Shown: positions 1 to 10,737, numbered from the stretch's first letter. The stretch: 64,000 nt of DNA from Botryllus schlosseri (GCA_051294905.1 CM119378.1:682001-746000); one strand, 5' to 3'. Made by a program: numbers and translations. Notes: generated by a model not told the origin, from the sequence alone.

Positions 1-198
1 AAGACCGTGAAATGGAGGTTCACAGCCTTCCTCAGTGGAAAATACAATCAAAACTATAATTCTTGTTAATAAATTAAATCATAGTTGCATGGAGCATATA
101 ATTTTAGTACTCGAAAAAATGGTATTTTACAACTCGACTCAAATCATTAGAATTAATACTCGATTCAGATTTTGAGTACTCATGAGTGCCCAGCACTA
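1..198 (-). mobile_element. Terminal part of a hAT-type MITE (same family as 48129-48626), truncated by the window edge
   Basis: Reverse complement reads TAGTGCTGGGCA...GAGTACTCAAAATCTGAATCGAGTATT...GAGTCGAGTTGTAAAA, matching the left end of the 48129-48626 element (TAGGGCTGGGCA...GAGTACTCGAATCGGAATCGAGTATT...GAGTCGAGTAGTAAAA). Confidence 0.7.
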
Positions 199-329
199 TT
201 CATACCACAAGCAGCAACATTACTTCAATCGATCAACTCCAAAAGTCTTCAATTTGAAAACTTCAGTTTTTCAAGTTTTCAACATTCTAAATGTAAGATA
301 GACTGGAGCGTAATATCCCCAGATTGTTT

Positions 330-1583
330 TCAGATAAGAGGTGGAACGTCAGGGTCATCAACAAAGTTGTCACTTTCAGTCTCAATTTCTTTCTTTACAT
401 GTTTTCGTAGAGTAAGAGGTCGGATATCTTTTGGCGTTCTCTCTTTGGAAATATTGGCGAGGGTACTTTTCAAGGTTTTTGATTCGTCGAATTCGAGTTT
501 CTCTGTTTTAGTTATGATTTCAGCGGTTGGCGCTTTCTCATTGGTCTTTGCCACAGGAGGCCGTAATTTTGGCATCGTTATCAGCAAATGTCCAGTTGTT
601 TGTGACCGTTTAGCGGTTGATTTATCGGTGGAAACTTCTTCATGTAGTACGAGTTGTAAGACTTCGCCTTTCATAGTCACTCTTACATAGGTAGGTTGCA
701 CGTCAACATCGATCAATGATGTATCGAGGTATTTGTAACACGGCACATCCAAAATAAACGAGGTGTCATCGTCAGTTTCTTTCATGATAAAGTCAATTTT
801 TCCTTCATTCACATTCATTGCATCTCCTGCCTCGTTAAAATACCTTTTTTGGCGTTTCATTTCTGGTTTACCAAATTTCGGTTCCGTTTTACTTTCTCGA
901 TTTTCTCTCATTTTAGCGTGCATCTCCCTGCGACTTTCAGGGGTGTAGTCGCATTTTTGATTCCAAAAAGTTTCGTTCGTCTCAGAATTTGATTCGTCCG
1001 GTTTTTCTGTCGAATTTTCAGATTTCTGTTCATTTTCTAGTTCCAACTTTCGATTGTATTTTGCTTCCTCTTTCAGTATTTTCTCCTTAATAGTGTCGTA
1101 AATTTGGCAAGCTTTGATTCGTTCCGACCTTTCAACTTCCTTGCCATCAAGTCTCTTCAATTGCGGTAACGTTGCAATTACATATTCTCGGTATCCCTCA
1201 AAATTCACACACGGATTACCGGTTAAGTACAAATCTTCCAAATAATGATTCGTTTTCAACGACTCGATAGACGTTAAGGCCCCTACGAAGTTTACTGTCA
1301 GATCCAACTTTTGTAGAGACTCACATCCTTCAAGATTTTCAATAATTTTAATGTTATTCAATGCTAAATTCAAATATTGCAATTTCTTCAATCGGCCAAC
1401 ATTTTCAATTTTTTCGATCAAGTTACTTTGCAGATATAAAATTTGGAGTTGCCGGCACCAGTTGTCAATGTGTTCGATCTTCTCGATTTCCATTTGATGA
1501 AGAGATAATTCTTCCAACGAATATATTTCGCCTTCATTGTGTTCTGCTCTTTTCCGAATCATAGACTCCGTAATCGTCGCCAT
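330..1583 (-). CDS. DNAAF11: Dynein axonemal assembly factor 11 (LRRC6/TilB), 417 aa, intronless CDS
   Basis: N-terminus MATITESMIRKRAEHNEGEIYSLEELSLHQ, SDS22-like LRRs, LRRcap (LTGNPC...YREYVIATLPQLKRLDG), NVNEGK and CS-like domain (YLDTSLIDVDVQPTYVRV...KRSQTTGHLLITMPK), C-terminal DDPDVPPLI. All are characteristic of LRRC6. Confidence 0.97.
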   Translation of the reverse strand: MATITESMIRKRAEHNEGEIYSLEELSLHQMEIEKIEHIDNWCRQLQILYLQSNLIEKIENVGRLKKLQYLNLALNNIKIIENLEGCESLQKLDLTVNFVGALTSIESLKTNHYLEDLYLTGNPCVNFEGYREYVIATLPQLKRLDGKEVERSERIKACQIYDTIKEKILKEEAKYNRKLELENEQKSENSTEKPDESNSETNETFWNQKCDYTPESRREMHAKMRENRESKTEPKFGKPEMKRQKRYFNEAGDAMNVNEGKIDFIMKETDDDTSFILDVPCYKYLDTSLIDVDVQPTYVRVTMKGEVLQLVLHEEVSTDKSTAKRSQTTGHLLITMPKLRPPVAKTNEKAPTAEIITKTEKLEFDESKTLKSTLANISKERTPKDIRPLTLRKHVKKEIETESDNFVDDPDVPPLI

Positions 1584-1775
1584 TGTCAGACTATATTAGC
1601 TAAAATATGATATACAATCTAACTTTGGTGACTGAAAATATCGCAAGAATTACTGACTATGATATGAGACAAATGATTGAAGAAAAACAGGTTGTAATAT
1701 ACAGCAGAGTACGGCAACTGATTTAGGTCCTAAACTTTCCAGCGGTATCCGACACATCTGGTATTCTGGTTGCAT

Positions 1776-1789
1776 CGTACCTTGGTAAC
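1776..1789 (-). promoter_or_regulatory. Candidate RFX X-box upstream of DNAAF11
   Basis: Minus strand GTTACCAAGGTACG resembles the X-box GTTNCCATGGNAAC (one perfect half-site), about 190 nt upstream of a motile-cilia gene. Confidence 0.45.
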
Positions 1790-2477
1790 GGTCGTTATGG
1801 GTTTTCACAACCACACGGTAGTTTCTCAACCGTGACACAGTGGGTCTTGAAAATGTTTAATTTTTTAGCAATCATTTGCCATTCGAGTGGGTTGGACAAT
1901 TTCAACGGATTATATGTAAAAATACACATACTGGGAATGGCATCTCACTTCGATTTTAGTTGTACCATAATAACAATACCAAATACTTATAAAAAGGCTA
2001 CGGAAATGCCAGTTGATTATGAGTTTGTCCAAAAATACGTGATAACAAATTCCAAGGCGATATTTCAATCAGTTCATCAGTTTATAGACGACCGGAATAA
2101 ATAAATTCATCACCGGATAAATAAATTCATCATTAATTCAAAAACACCTGTTAATCCAAGGTTAAATAATGAAAAGATAAGAGGGTGTCGTAATGACCTG
2201 GCACAGTATTTTATTCAAACGCTCACATTGGCATGGAGCATGTAAAATCTGTGGTATGTTTTATAGACAAACAACTCTTTCACAAACTATAGATAACTAA
2301 CCTACGTGGGTCAGTAATCTATTCAAAAACTCATTTGCTGTGACGCAGCCTACTAAATCGTTCGGTCTACTACATCCGCATCGATATTGTTTTCGTCGAA
2401 CCAGTGAGTAAAATCGGAAAGTTGGCTGCTTCGTTTTTGCACTACAGTCGCTCGTTTTGTTAGAATGCGTTTGTATA

Positions 2478-4391
2478 ATGGGAAATGAACAAAGCGTGAA
2501 ACCTCAGAGCTCGAGTGATATAGAGAAAAACGAGCCGAAACCCGTTGGAATCGTTGTTGTTGGAAGCGGACAAGCTCCACAAAACGACCGTTTCCCAGAC
2601 ACCTACATTTCCCGTCTCAACACTTGTCCATCGTTCGAACCGATAACTGGGTTGAATTCAACTCCTTCGGATACGAAACCAAGGTCTGGGGATCTAGTCA
2701 GCGACTTGGACTGGAAATCTGCTTCTAAAGCAAGTGCAAGACTTCAGGATCATTTGAAATCGTGTGCCGAAACAGTTGCGTCTGACCAAGTAAGAATCAT
2801 CATCATCATTGGTTTATTAGCAATTTTATCAGTTCAATACACCACCAAAAAATGCGATACAATGAAAAGACAGGAAGGTGTCGAAGCGACAAGGAGCAGT
2901 CTATGGAATCTGACACCCACCTTGGCCTAGGCGATGTAAAGAGGAGGCATGCACACTGAATGAAAGTAAAGAGGATAGTATAGAAAAAGAAAGCGACAAT
3001 AAATAGGGCGGCATGTCATGGGAAGCGAGATCGATAGGTCAGTCGTGGTCCGGTAATCTTGAGGATGGACTGTATTTATTTAGTAGTAATTGCTTGTATT
3101 TCGACTTGAATGTGGACATGCTCGTCGACTGTCGGATGGCCGGCGGGATACTGTTCCACACATCAGGTCCGGCATATTTGATAGAGCGATGATCTTTTCG
3201 GTCGATCATATGATATTTGGACGACGTGGACGCGCGTGTGTTGTACTTGTGCGCTTTTGATTCCGAGGTAAAGAAGTCATTGAAATATTCGGGGCAGCGA
3301 CCGCAGTGGAACTGATACATAAACTTGGCGATTTCTAGTTTCCGCATATCTTCTATGTTTAGGACGCCGAATCTCTTCAGCAGCGACTTGTTGGATGGGC
3401 AGCCAGGCCCCTTTGGGGCCCTAGCTATGATTCGGAATTACTAAATAATGATCACTATTGATTGAATTCTCATCACTACTAAATATCATAATGCCGCCGA
3501 TCTACTTCAGTACCGTACGATACCATTAATGTCGGCAACTATCTCCTCTCTACCAGGAGATATCACATAATCGCAATTGTTTTGAGTAAGCACCAATATC
3601 ATAGTTGTCAGCTATACTTCGGCCTACCATACGTCTTCCTTTTTTACTTTTTTGAAAGTGTCCTCGGAAGACGCCCAAGTCGACCATTTTTAGTCAACCA
3701 ACCACGAAGTCGAGTAAAGTTAATAAATATTTCAATTTATTGATATTCCAGTACGGTAGGCCCAAGTCTGAAAATTAAGAAGTGCTATTTTCACATTTCC
3801 AAAAGATGGTGACCCTACAATACACAGATTGACTTAGGTGAGTCAATTTCCGTATTTTGAGATAATGACTCAAGTCAGGTTGAGTCACCAAAAATTCGCG
3901 ACTCGAGTCATCATAACCCTGTCTACCAGCGACTATTTCGTTATTCTATATGTGAGTATCATCATCCCAACATCAATCTCGACCTCTCCATGAACTAATT
4001 CATTGCTATTGACGTAGAATAAGGAAATATTTCCTTGCAGGCCTGCAGACGAGATTGTTGCCAACATTGATGCTACTACTGTTAAAGAGTTGGCGACATT
4101 GATAAAATAAACACATCCCTTGACAGTGTTTTGCTTAAAGTTGACACATCTCCCCAATTTCAGAATTCTCTCACAACTCGCATCAGATTGCTGGACCAGC
4201 AGTCCAATCAAGTTCTTCTAAAATACTCGGAGAGACAGCGTTCGTTTGCCAAGTACGCGGAGCATACTCGGAAAATTGAAGACGTATCGGCGAGCTTGAA
4301 AAGAATTCGAATGAAATTGGATGTTTCATTCTCCATGTTCGAAGAGCTGAATAACTGCCTCCCGGAAGAAGAACGAATCAATATACAGTGA
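2478..4391 (+). CDS. BORCS5: BLOC-1-related complex subunit 5 (myrlysin/LOH12CR1), 2 exons: 2478-2789, 4164-4391; 179 aa
   Basis: Starts with myristoylation-type MGNEQS. Exon 1 ends RLQDHLKSCAETVASDQ at donor caa|GTAAGA; acceptor tttCAG|aat (4163) continues NSLTTRIRLLD...ERQRSFAKYAE...LNNCLPEEER. The phase-0 junction restores the conserved DQ-N motif. Confidence 0.93.
2796..3435 (-). mobile_element. 5'-truncated CR1/L2-group LINE (ORF2 C-terminus, 3' UTR, (GAT)n tail) in the BORCS5 intron
   Basis: ORF 3039-3347 KLEIAKFMY...HKYNTR...RSIKYAGPDVWNSIP...FKSKYK is typical of the end of CR1/L2 RT ORF2. ATC-repeat tail at 2796-2810. The same 3' end recurs at about 28724, 42037 and 51195. Confidence 0.85.
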
Positions 4392-4403
4392 CATTGCGAT
4401 AAA

Positions 4404-6065
4404 ATGAGAGTTACCGCGTTTCTTTGTAAGTTTTTTTCGAGTAAAAGCGTGCGGCTGAAACATTCCGTTTCCCAGCCCGGATATTCCTCGGATTATTTTG
4501 CGTTGTACAGAAACACGTACTCCACAGTGTCGAAAGTTCATGTCCGATGTTTTAGTTCCACTCCCGATGATCAGAGGAAGAATAGTGATGTGAAAATGTC
4601 AGAACAAGCTTTTAAAGCTTTGCAAAGTAATGAAAAATTGGACAAAAAAGCTGATGATCAAGGTGATAAGGATAAGTCTACGGTCGTAAATACCATGAAA
4701 AAATACATGTTAATGCGTCGAGACCGGACTAAACGTTACACGGACAACAACACAATAACCGCAGTCCGCGCCATGCAAGAATACATCTTAAAACCGAGTG
4801 ATCTGAAAGATCTTGCGCAACATAAGATTCGGAGTCCGTATCAAGACTCAAAAGGCCACCTTCTTGTTTACCTGGAAAATGACGTCATAAGCAAGGCGAA
4901 AGAAGTGCACGGAACTCGAGAAAATTTGGAAAGAGAGCAAAAACGCATCGCAAGACTCAAAGACAAGCAACAGCGTTACCTTGATGGTGCAGCAGCTAGC
5001 AGTGAAGATGAAACTATGAGAGGTGAATTGAAAAAAAACTTTCTTACATCCGGGTCGGGTCGAGTTGTTGCAGTTGCCGTAGTCTCAAACGCTTTGATTT
5101 GTGGCTTCAAGTGCACTTGCTGGTTATACACGGGTTCAGCCAGTATGTTCTCTGAGACGTTACATTCCTTTGCTGATATGTGCAATCAAATGTTACTTCT
5201 TTGGGGCGTGTATCAATCAACGAAAATGGCGGACGCGGACCATCCGTACGGGTTTGGGAATATGAGATATATTGTTTCGCTAATATCAGGAGTCGGAATA
5301 TTCTGCATTGGATGCGGGGCAAGCGTATATCACGGTGTGACTAGTATGTTAGTCGGTGGGGGCGTTCTTGACAATATAACCACCGTTGGTACTTTTGGGG
5401 TTTTAATCGGTTCTGCCCTGGTAGAATCAGCTTCGCTAATTGTCGCAATTGACGAAACAAGACACAATGCGGCGAGGCAAGGCATGTCGTTTTGGAAGTA
5501 TGTCAAAATGGGGCAGGATCCAAGCACTAACGTTGTACTGCTTGAAGACTCTTGCGCTGTTTTGGGCGTTGGCATTGCGGGGGCTGCGTTATGTGCGGCT
5601 CATTATCTACAAAATCCCCTGTACGATTATGTTGGTTCGATTGTGATCGGAGGTTTGTTGGGTATGGTAGCAACATTCCTAGTGCGAAGCAATGTGGATA
5701 TGCTAATCGGACATTCGATACCACAAGATGACTTGACGGAGTTGAAAGAGTATTTAGAAGACGATGCAGTTATCAGAGGTGTTTACGACATCAAAGCCAC
5801 GCAAATCGGATACAGCGAATTGAAGTTTAAAGCCGAGATTGATTTCGACGGGCGGGAAGTGACTCGGGTGTATCTGGAAAAGAACGATTTGGAAAAGATC
5901 AGGGAGGAATTGAAATCGATCGAGACTCCGAAGCAACTTGAGATGTTTCTACTGAATCATGGCGAAGCAATCATCGATACGTTGGGGTCGCAAGTTGACC
6001 GGCTGGAAGCAGATTTGAAGAAAAAGAACAAGAATTTGCGACATATTGATTTGGAAGTGCTGTGA
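4404..6065 (+). CDS. SLC30A9: Mitochondrial zinc transporter ZnT9, 553 aa, intronless CDS
   Basis: Basic, presequence-like N-terminus (..VRCFSS); ZnT9 N-domain ITAVRAMQEYILKPSDL...RSPY...VYLE; cation-efflux domain GSASMFSETLHSFAD..NQ, HPYGFG, VLLEDS; C-terminal FKAEIDFDG...RHIDLEVL. AATAAA at 6094-6099. Confidence 0.97.
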   Translation: MRVTAFLCKFFSSKSVRLKHSVSQPGYSSDYFALYRNTYSTVSKVHVRCFSSTPDDQRKNSDVKMSEQAFKALQSNEKLDKKADDQGDKDKSTVVNTMKKYMLMRRDRTKRYTDNNTITAVRAMQEYILKPSDLKDLAQHKIRSPYQDSKGHLLVYLENDVISKAKEVHGTRENLEREQKRIARLKDKQQRYLDGAAASSEDETMRGELKKNFLTSGSGRVVAVAVVSNALICGFKCTCWLYTGSASMFSETLHSFADMCNQMLLLWGVYQSTKMADADHPYGFGNMRYIVSLISGVGIFCIGCGASVYHGVTSMLVGGGVLDNITTVGTFGVLIGSALVESASLIVAIDETRHNAARQGMSFWKYVKMGQDPSTNVVLLEDSCAVLGVGIAGAALCAAHYLQNPLYDYVGSIVIGGLLGMVATFLVRSNVDMLIGHSIPQDDLTELKEYLEDDAVIRGVYDIKATQIGYSELKFKAEIDFDGREVTRVYLEKNDLEKIREELKSIETPKQLEMFLLNHGEAIIDTLGSQVDRLEADLKKKNKNLRHIDLEVL

Positions 6066-6165
6066 GGAGACGCTGAGCTTGAATCAAATTATGAATAAAA
6101 ATCTTTAATTCACAGCTCGGAAATTTTAATTGACGAATTTTGGCCGTGAATCACACAAATTACGT

Positions 6166-6565
6166 CAGGGGCTCTTAAAGTGGGGTTTGTGGACTGGTTT
6201 CAAGGGCCCACAGAAGACCAATGAAAATCTTGCTTTTACCACATTATCGACATTTCTAGTTTGGCGTTTCCAATATGGCATTCTGCTATTACGTACTTAT
6301 ATTATATGATTTCAACATTGTTATTTTGCCACTGTTTTAACATTGCATCTAGGCTAGATGGCTAACTCGGCTAACTTCCTCAATTAGTTAGTTTAGTGGA
6401 TTTAATTTTGCTCCTCTCGACAACAAATATAATAACTTAATATGATTTGCCAAACATGGTCAATTAATAAAGTTCAAAAATATTTCTCAAACCAGGTCAC
6501 AAAGGGGTTCCACGGAAATCAGAAAGAAAATCTAGGTTTCGCACTAAAAGGTTCAAGAACCTCTG
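6166..6565. mobile_element. hAT-like MITE
   Basis: Imperfect terminal inverted repeats CAGGGGCTCTTAAA ... TTCAAGAACCTCTG; no clean TSD. Confidence 0.55.
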
Positions 6566-6699
6566 AATTTTGGAGAATATCATAGCAATTAACTCATTTT
6601 TTACGATACGAGACGTGTTTCACAAAATTAGCAGACATGTGTAAAGTGTTGGAGTTCCAAATTTCGCAAACTAGAACTGGAGAGGTTAGGGCTGTAACT

Positions 6700-6960
6700 A
6701 ACGATCTTTAAAATCATCAGCTAACCCCTTAAAACCCACCCCTTGGCCACACCATTGATAGTGCTGACTCTGAGCCAGCAATGGCTGCAAGAACATCACA
6801 CAACAGGGCTCCGGTACCGTATCTGGATTCATGACAAACAACGATACATGTTTTCTAGTAGTTGTGAAACTATATTTTTTGAAAGTGCAACTAGAACTGC
6901 TCACTTTTCAAAATACGCAACTAGAACTATTTGAAAAACCCGTAGTTCGTTTACTGGCTA
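6700..6960. repeat. Interspersed repeat fragment, second copy at about 38330-38650
   Basis: TGACTCTGAGC(C/T)AGCAATGGCTGCAAGAACATCACA..ACAG...CCGGTACCG and flanking AACTAGAACT motifs are shared with 38510-38640. Confidence 0.7.
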
Positions 6961-7434
6961 CTAACTGGATTGTCAGTTTGTACAAGTGCGAGAATGCTTA
7001 CTCAGTTTTGTCTCAATGTACCTTCAATACTCATGTTAGTCATGTAGACCTATCACCTACTTGATCTCATCGAAGTCAACCGGCTGGACTATCCCCTTAA
7101 TGATATTTACACAAATCAGACAGCGGCTTGGCGGCTTCATATTTTAATGAAGTACACAAACGACCTATTATAAAAAAAAAAACTTGGTTGTAAATTTGCA
7201 TGGCACAGTAATTAGGACTGGGCAGAATGATTCGAGTTGTATTGTGAGAGATTATGCTTTTGAATAAGAAACGTGTGCGCTTCTCTACAAGAGGTCATTT
7301 ATCAACGGAAGTTATAGCTTTGATAGTATCTTCCACCAGCAACTCTAATCAACCAGGCACTCGATTTTGCGCACCCCTATCAATAATAAATAGCGACAAA
7401 ATAATTCCACAATATCCTTTGTAAACTGGCCGAG

Positions 7435-7947
7435 TCACATCGAACGGATGCTATCGGCTATCCTGGAAATGCTGATTCTACATGCAGCAGCCCAGAAAAT
7501 AGTCGAAACCGTACCAGAGACACAGCTAGGTAACGAGAAAACAGCCGCAAAATAAGAGGTGTACTTCTCAGGCAAATCAAGAACAGGGTAACTGTGATTG
7601 GCTATTGAAATATAAATAATGCTGCATGACAGAATGGATTTGATGCCATAATGCGACACCAACTTAGCGAATTGATACGTCTGGTTCTTTTTGTCCGACA
7701 TAGTCCTCAATTCTGTATTAGTTTTGTCAATTTTTCGTTGCAATCTCGCATGCCGGGCGAATTCGTCCATCATGCTGATGCTGCTTTGTTCCGCTTTAAA
7801 ATTGACGAGATCCCGGCGACATTTTTCTATGACGCTGTTCACGCTTTGATTCCAAAAGGAGGAGAATAACTTGGAAAATATTTCCGCAAAAACGGGCACC
7901 AGTTGTTGACATATGTTTAGAATCAAAATAGTGAAAAACTGCTCCAT
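7435..7947 (-). CDS. GET1: Guided entry of tail-anchored proteins factor 1 (WRB/CHD5-like), 170 aa, intronless CDS
   Basis: Hydrophobic N-terminus, coiled coil with SMMDEFARHARLQRKIDK (WRB signature), two further hydrophobic segments ending G.VSTIFW. True ATG is at 7947; the ORF track starts at an upstream GTG. Confidence 0.9.
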   Translation of the reverse strand: MEQFFTILILNICQQLVPVFAEIFSKLFSSFWNQSVNSVIEKCRRDLVNFKAEQSSISMMDEFARHARLQRKIDKTNTELRTMSDKKNQTYQFAKLVSHYGIKSILSCSIIYISIANHSYPVLDLPEKYTSYFAAVFSLPSCVSGTVSTIFWAAACRISISRIADSIRSM

Positions 7948-8073
7948 ATTTTCCACGCAAATTCTTCAGCCTCTTTTTTTCTGAATATGATGAAATTAAT
8001 TATTGAATGTGTGTCCAGTTGACTTGAAGGCGTATTTAAAAGTATTTATACGTCGTATGAGTTGACCAAGCAA

Positions 8074-8364
8074 TCAGTCCCACTTTGATGATTTGATTTG
8101 CATCTGTTTCGAGCCGTCTTCCTTATAAGCTTCGTACAACTCCCGATTCTCCTTCTGAGCGTGTAAATATGCGATGTAGCCTACACAGAATGTCAGAGCT
8201 ACAAGACCAAATCCCATAACACCCTTGTTCGGGCGTGCGTAAAGTTCAAAGTTCACAGCTCGGAAGAGAGAAGTCGTTCTGACAGAACGCAGTCCGCTTC
8301 CTGGCAATTCGTCAACGATAGGTTTCTCAGGCTTTACCTTATCACCTACAGGTTCTTTGGTCAT
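8074..8364 (-). CDS. SMIM8: Small integral membrane protein 8, 96 aa, intronless CDS
   Basis: GLRSVRTTSLFRAVNFELY..PNK.VM.FGLV..TFCVGYIAYLHA..EN..LYEA...SKWD matches SMIM8 along its length. Confidence 0.95.
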   Translation of the reverse strand: MTKEPVGDKVKPEKPIVDELPGSGLRSVRTTSLFRAVNFELYARPNKGVMGFGLVALTFCVGYIAYLHAQKENRELYEAYKEDGSKQMQIKSSKWD

Positions 8365-9519
8365 GCTAGTTTGCCATGCAATTGCTTATCGCAGACAGTG
8401 TGTATAGATATGCCTGCAGAAACAGCAGCAATGTTTTGCATGAATTTCACGTTGAGACCCAGTCATACAAATTCATTGATTCATCAAAAATATGCGTGAA
8501 ATTAACCGGAGATGATGACATGGCCTGTATATGTCTCATTAATCATTACAGTTTTCGTTTTAAAAGTGGCTGATCTGCACATTGAGCTACGAGATAACAG
8601 AAGAAACACAAAAAATGAAACAACAACAGTCGTGGACTCGTGGCTAAGTGCGAACTATATTAATATTATGTTGGCAACAGCAACCAAAAAATGGAACATT
8701 GGACACAAATATCAATCATTCAGAGCTCACTGTTGCTGCACAAAGAGATGATCATATTTTGACAATCCAGTATGACAATGTGAATATACTCTATTAAGTC
8801 AATTGTATAGTGAAGTTCAGTACCTTCCTCCAAGAAACTCTTTATAGCTATTTCGAAATTATATAAATAAGTAGGTCATAAATTTAGGTAACCAGGGGTA
8901 GCAGATGATCAATCGACTACCATATGTCCATATAAATATCAACAGCCTTGCGCCTTGTCATCAAATATATATTGATAGTGATTCGTGAATTCTGAACTCA
9001 CATGACAACCTAGTTGACACTTGACAGTATAGTGAAAGTGAACCTATTTCCAACACTAATGTCTCATGAATCAGGTTTTACTCGACTCGAACATGTCCAG
9101 AAACACTTATATACAGTCGCTACAACACATTACACAGGAATGTGGACTGTTCTACAGCCTAGAGCCGTATACAGTGTATACTATACACGCTCCATGAGTC
9201 ACTGAGTCCCTGCTCTGCTGCTGTTTTGGGTTCTGCAGATCTCTATCATAATTCCAACCAAAGCTACAATATCGCATGCGGTGTTCTAGACACAAGATAA
9301 GAAAAACTGCCAACTCATGTACCAGTTGCAGTTGCAGACAGTGTCAACGACTTCGGAACATCAATGCGCGAAACTAAAATCTACAATGTAATGCAAAATG
9401 CAATGCATGTGAGTGTGACCGAGAACGCTCGATCAAGCATAACCGACCATAGTGTTCTAAGAACACTAGAACACCTTATAACACTATAATGAATCCATCA
9501 GTTGATCAATCATATATCA

Positions 9520-10737
9520 ACAGGCCTGTTTATTTTTGGATATTGGGTTTTATTTTCGGAGATTCTCCAAAAATAAGATTTGAAAACATCCAAAACTAAG
9601 CTATTTTTGTTATTTATGGAGGAGTTTTTAGTGAAATAAACGAGTCTGAGCAGTGTAAATACTTTTGAAACAACCGGGAAACTCATAAAAACACAACAAA
9701 AAGCAACATGTGTGTGAGGGAAGGGGTCGCCGAAACGCTAAAAGGGTCATAGGTTTCAGCAGTGACGGGGAGAGAATAAGTATTGAAGAGGCAGCAGAGT
9801 ATGAAATCGTGCGAGTGTGGTGCGGGCTGGATGTTGTGGCGCAATAATTACTTCGTCTACACGATGACGGTACTGCTTGGCTACCTCAGACGGTAACAGA
9901 ACTTGATCCAGGAGATAAAAAGTACAGGCTCCAAGTTTGTTGACACACGTTGGTTGTCAATGGAGAGGGTGAATCCTTGATTGACTCATAGACACCGTAT
10001 CAAACTCCTCGAGACTATGGACAAGAAATGTCCTCGATCGCATGGCCACAGAGCTGAGTACCACAGTCACGAAGCTTCACAGACTTGGCCTTCCGATAGT
10101 GGAGCAACAGGAGGATCTCTAGCGCCTGGTCGAACGTCTTCGAGCTATGTGCCCAGCTGAGGAATGGGAGAATGACGCCCGCGGTAAGGGAGGATTTCTG
10201 GTCAGAGGTGTGCAGTTCTCGACCGTTCCCGAGCAGATACAGACTATCGAAACCCAATTCCAATCCCTGTCTCTCCCTTATACAAAACGTGCGTCATTTC
10301 CAAGCGCATTATCGACGAGCGCTTGTCAGGAGCAAAGGATTGGAAGATTGAGGAGTTTGGGAACTTTGAAGCCATCCGATAGTTCTTTGGACCCCTAAGC
10401 TCGATGTTTCCGCCAACTGCGACGGTCGAGGCTGATTTCTCGAGAATCAAGGGAGATAATGGTCTTGACCGGCGTCTCACTGATTTTTCTTCTGAGGGCA
10501 TTCTCCAAGCCAAACTCTTTGTGACGAATGTTTTAGAAAGTTCGATAAAGATGCACGATGATGTCGATGTGTTGGAGGACTTGGATACTGGATAATAACA
10601 TACTTTTCTAGTAGTATTAGGTCTAAAAACACCTTTATTTCTTATTTTTGGAGATTCTCCAAAAATAAAATTTGAAATCATCCAAAATTAAGCTATTTTT
10701 GTTATTTTTGGAGAAATCCAAAAATAAACAGGCCTGT
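9520..10737 (+). mobile_element. Non-autonomous hAT-like DNA transposon with decayed transposase (CAGGCC-end group)
   Basis: TIR (A)CAGGCCTGTTTATTTTTGGA at both ends, flanked by the direct repeat ATATATCA (9512-9519, 10738-10745). Internal remnants: IVRVWCGL, DTRWLSM and FPPTATVEADFS...LTDFSSEGILQAK. Confidence 0.85.

Noticed and set aside
172..1564. Plus-strand ORFs 172-690, 763-948, 1361-1564
   Set aside because: Antisense shadows of DNAAF11; no recognisable motifs.
2457..2930. 157-aa ORF as a complete membrane protein
   Set aside because: It is BORCS5 exon 1 read through the donor into a LINE tail; the same C-terminal peptide appears in ORF 28629-28859.
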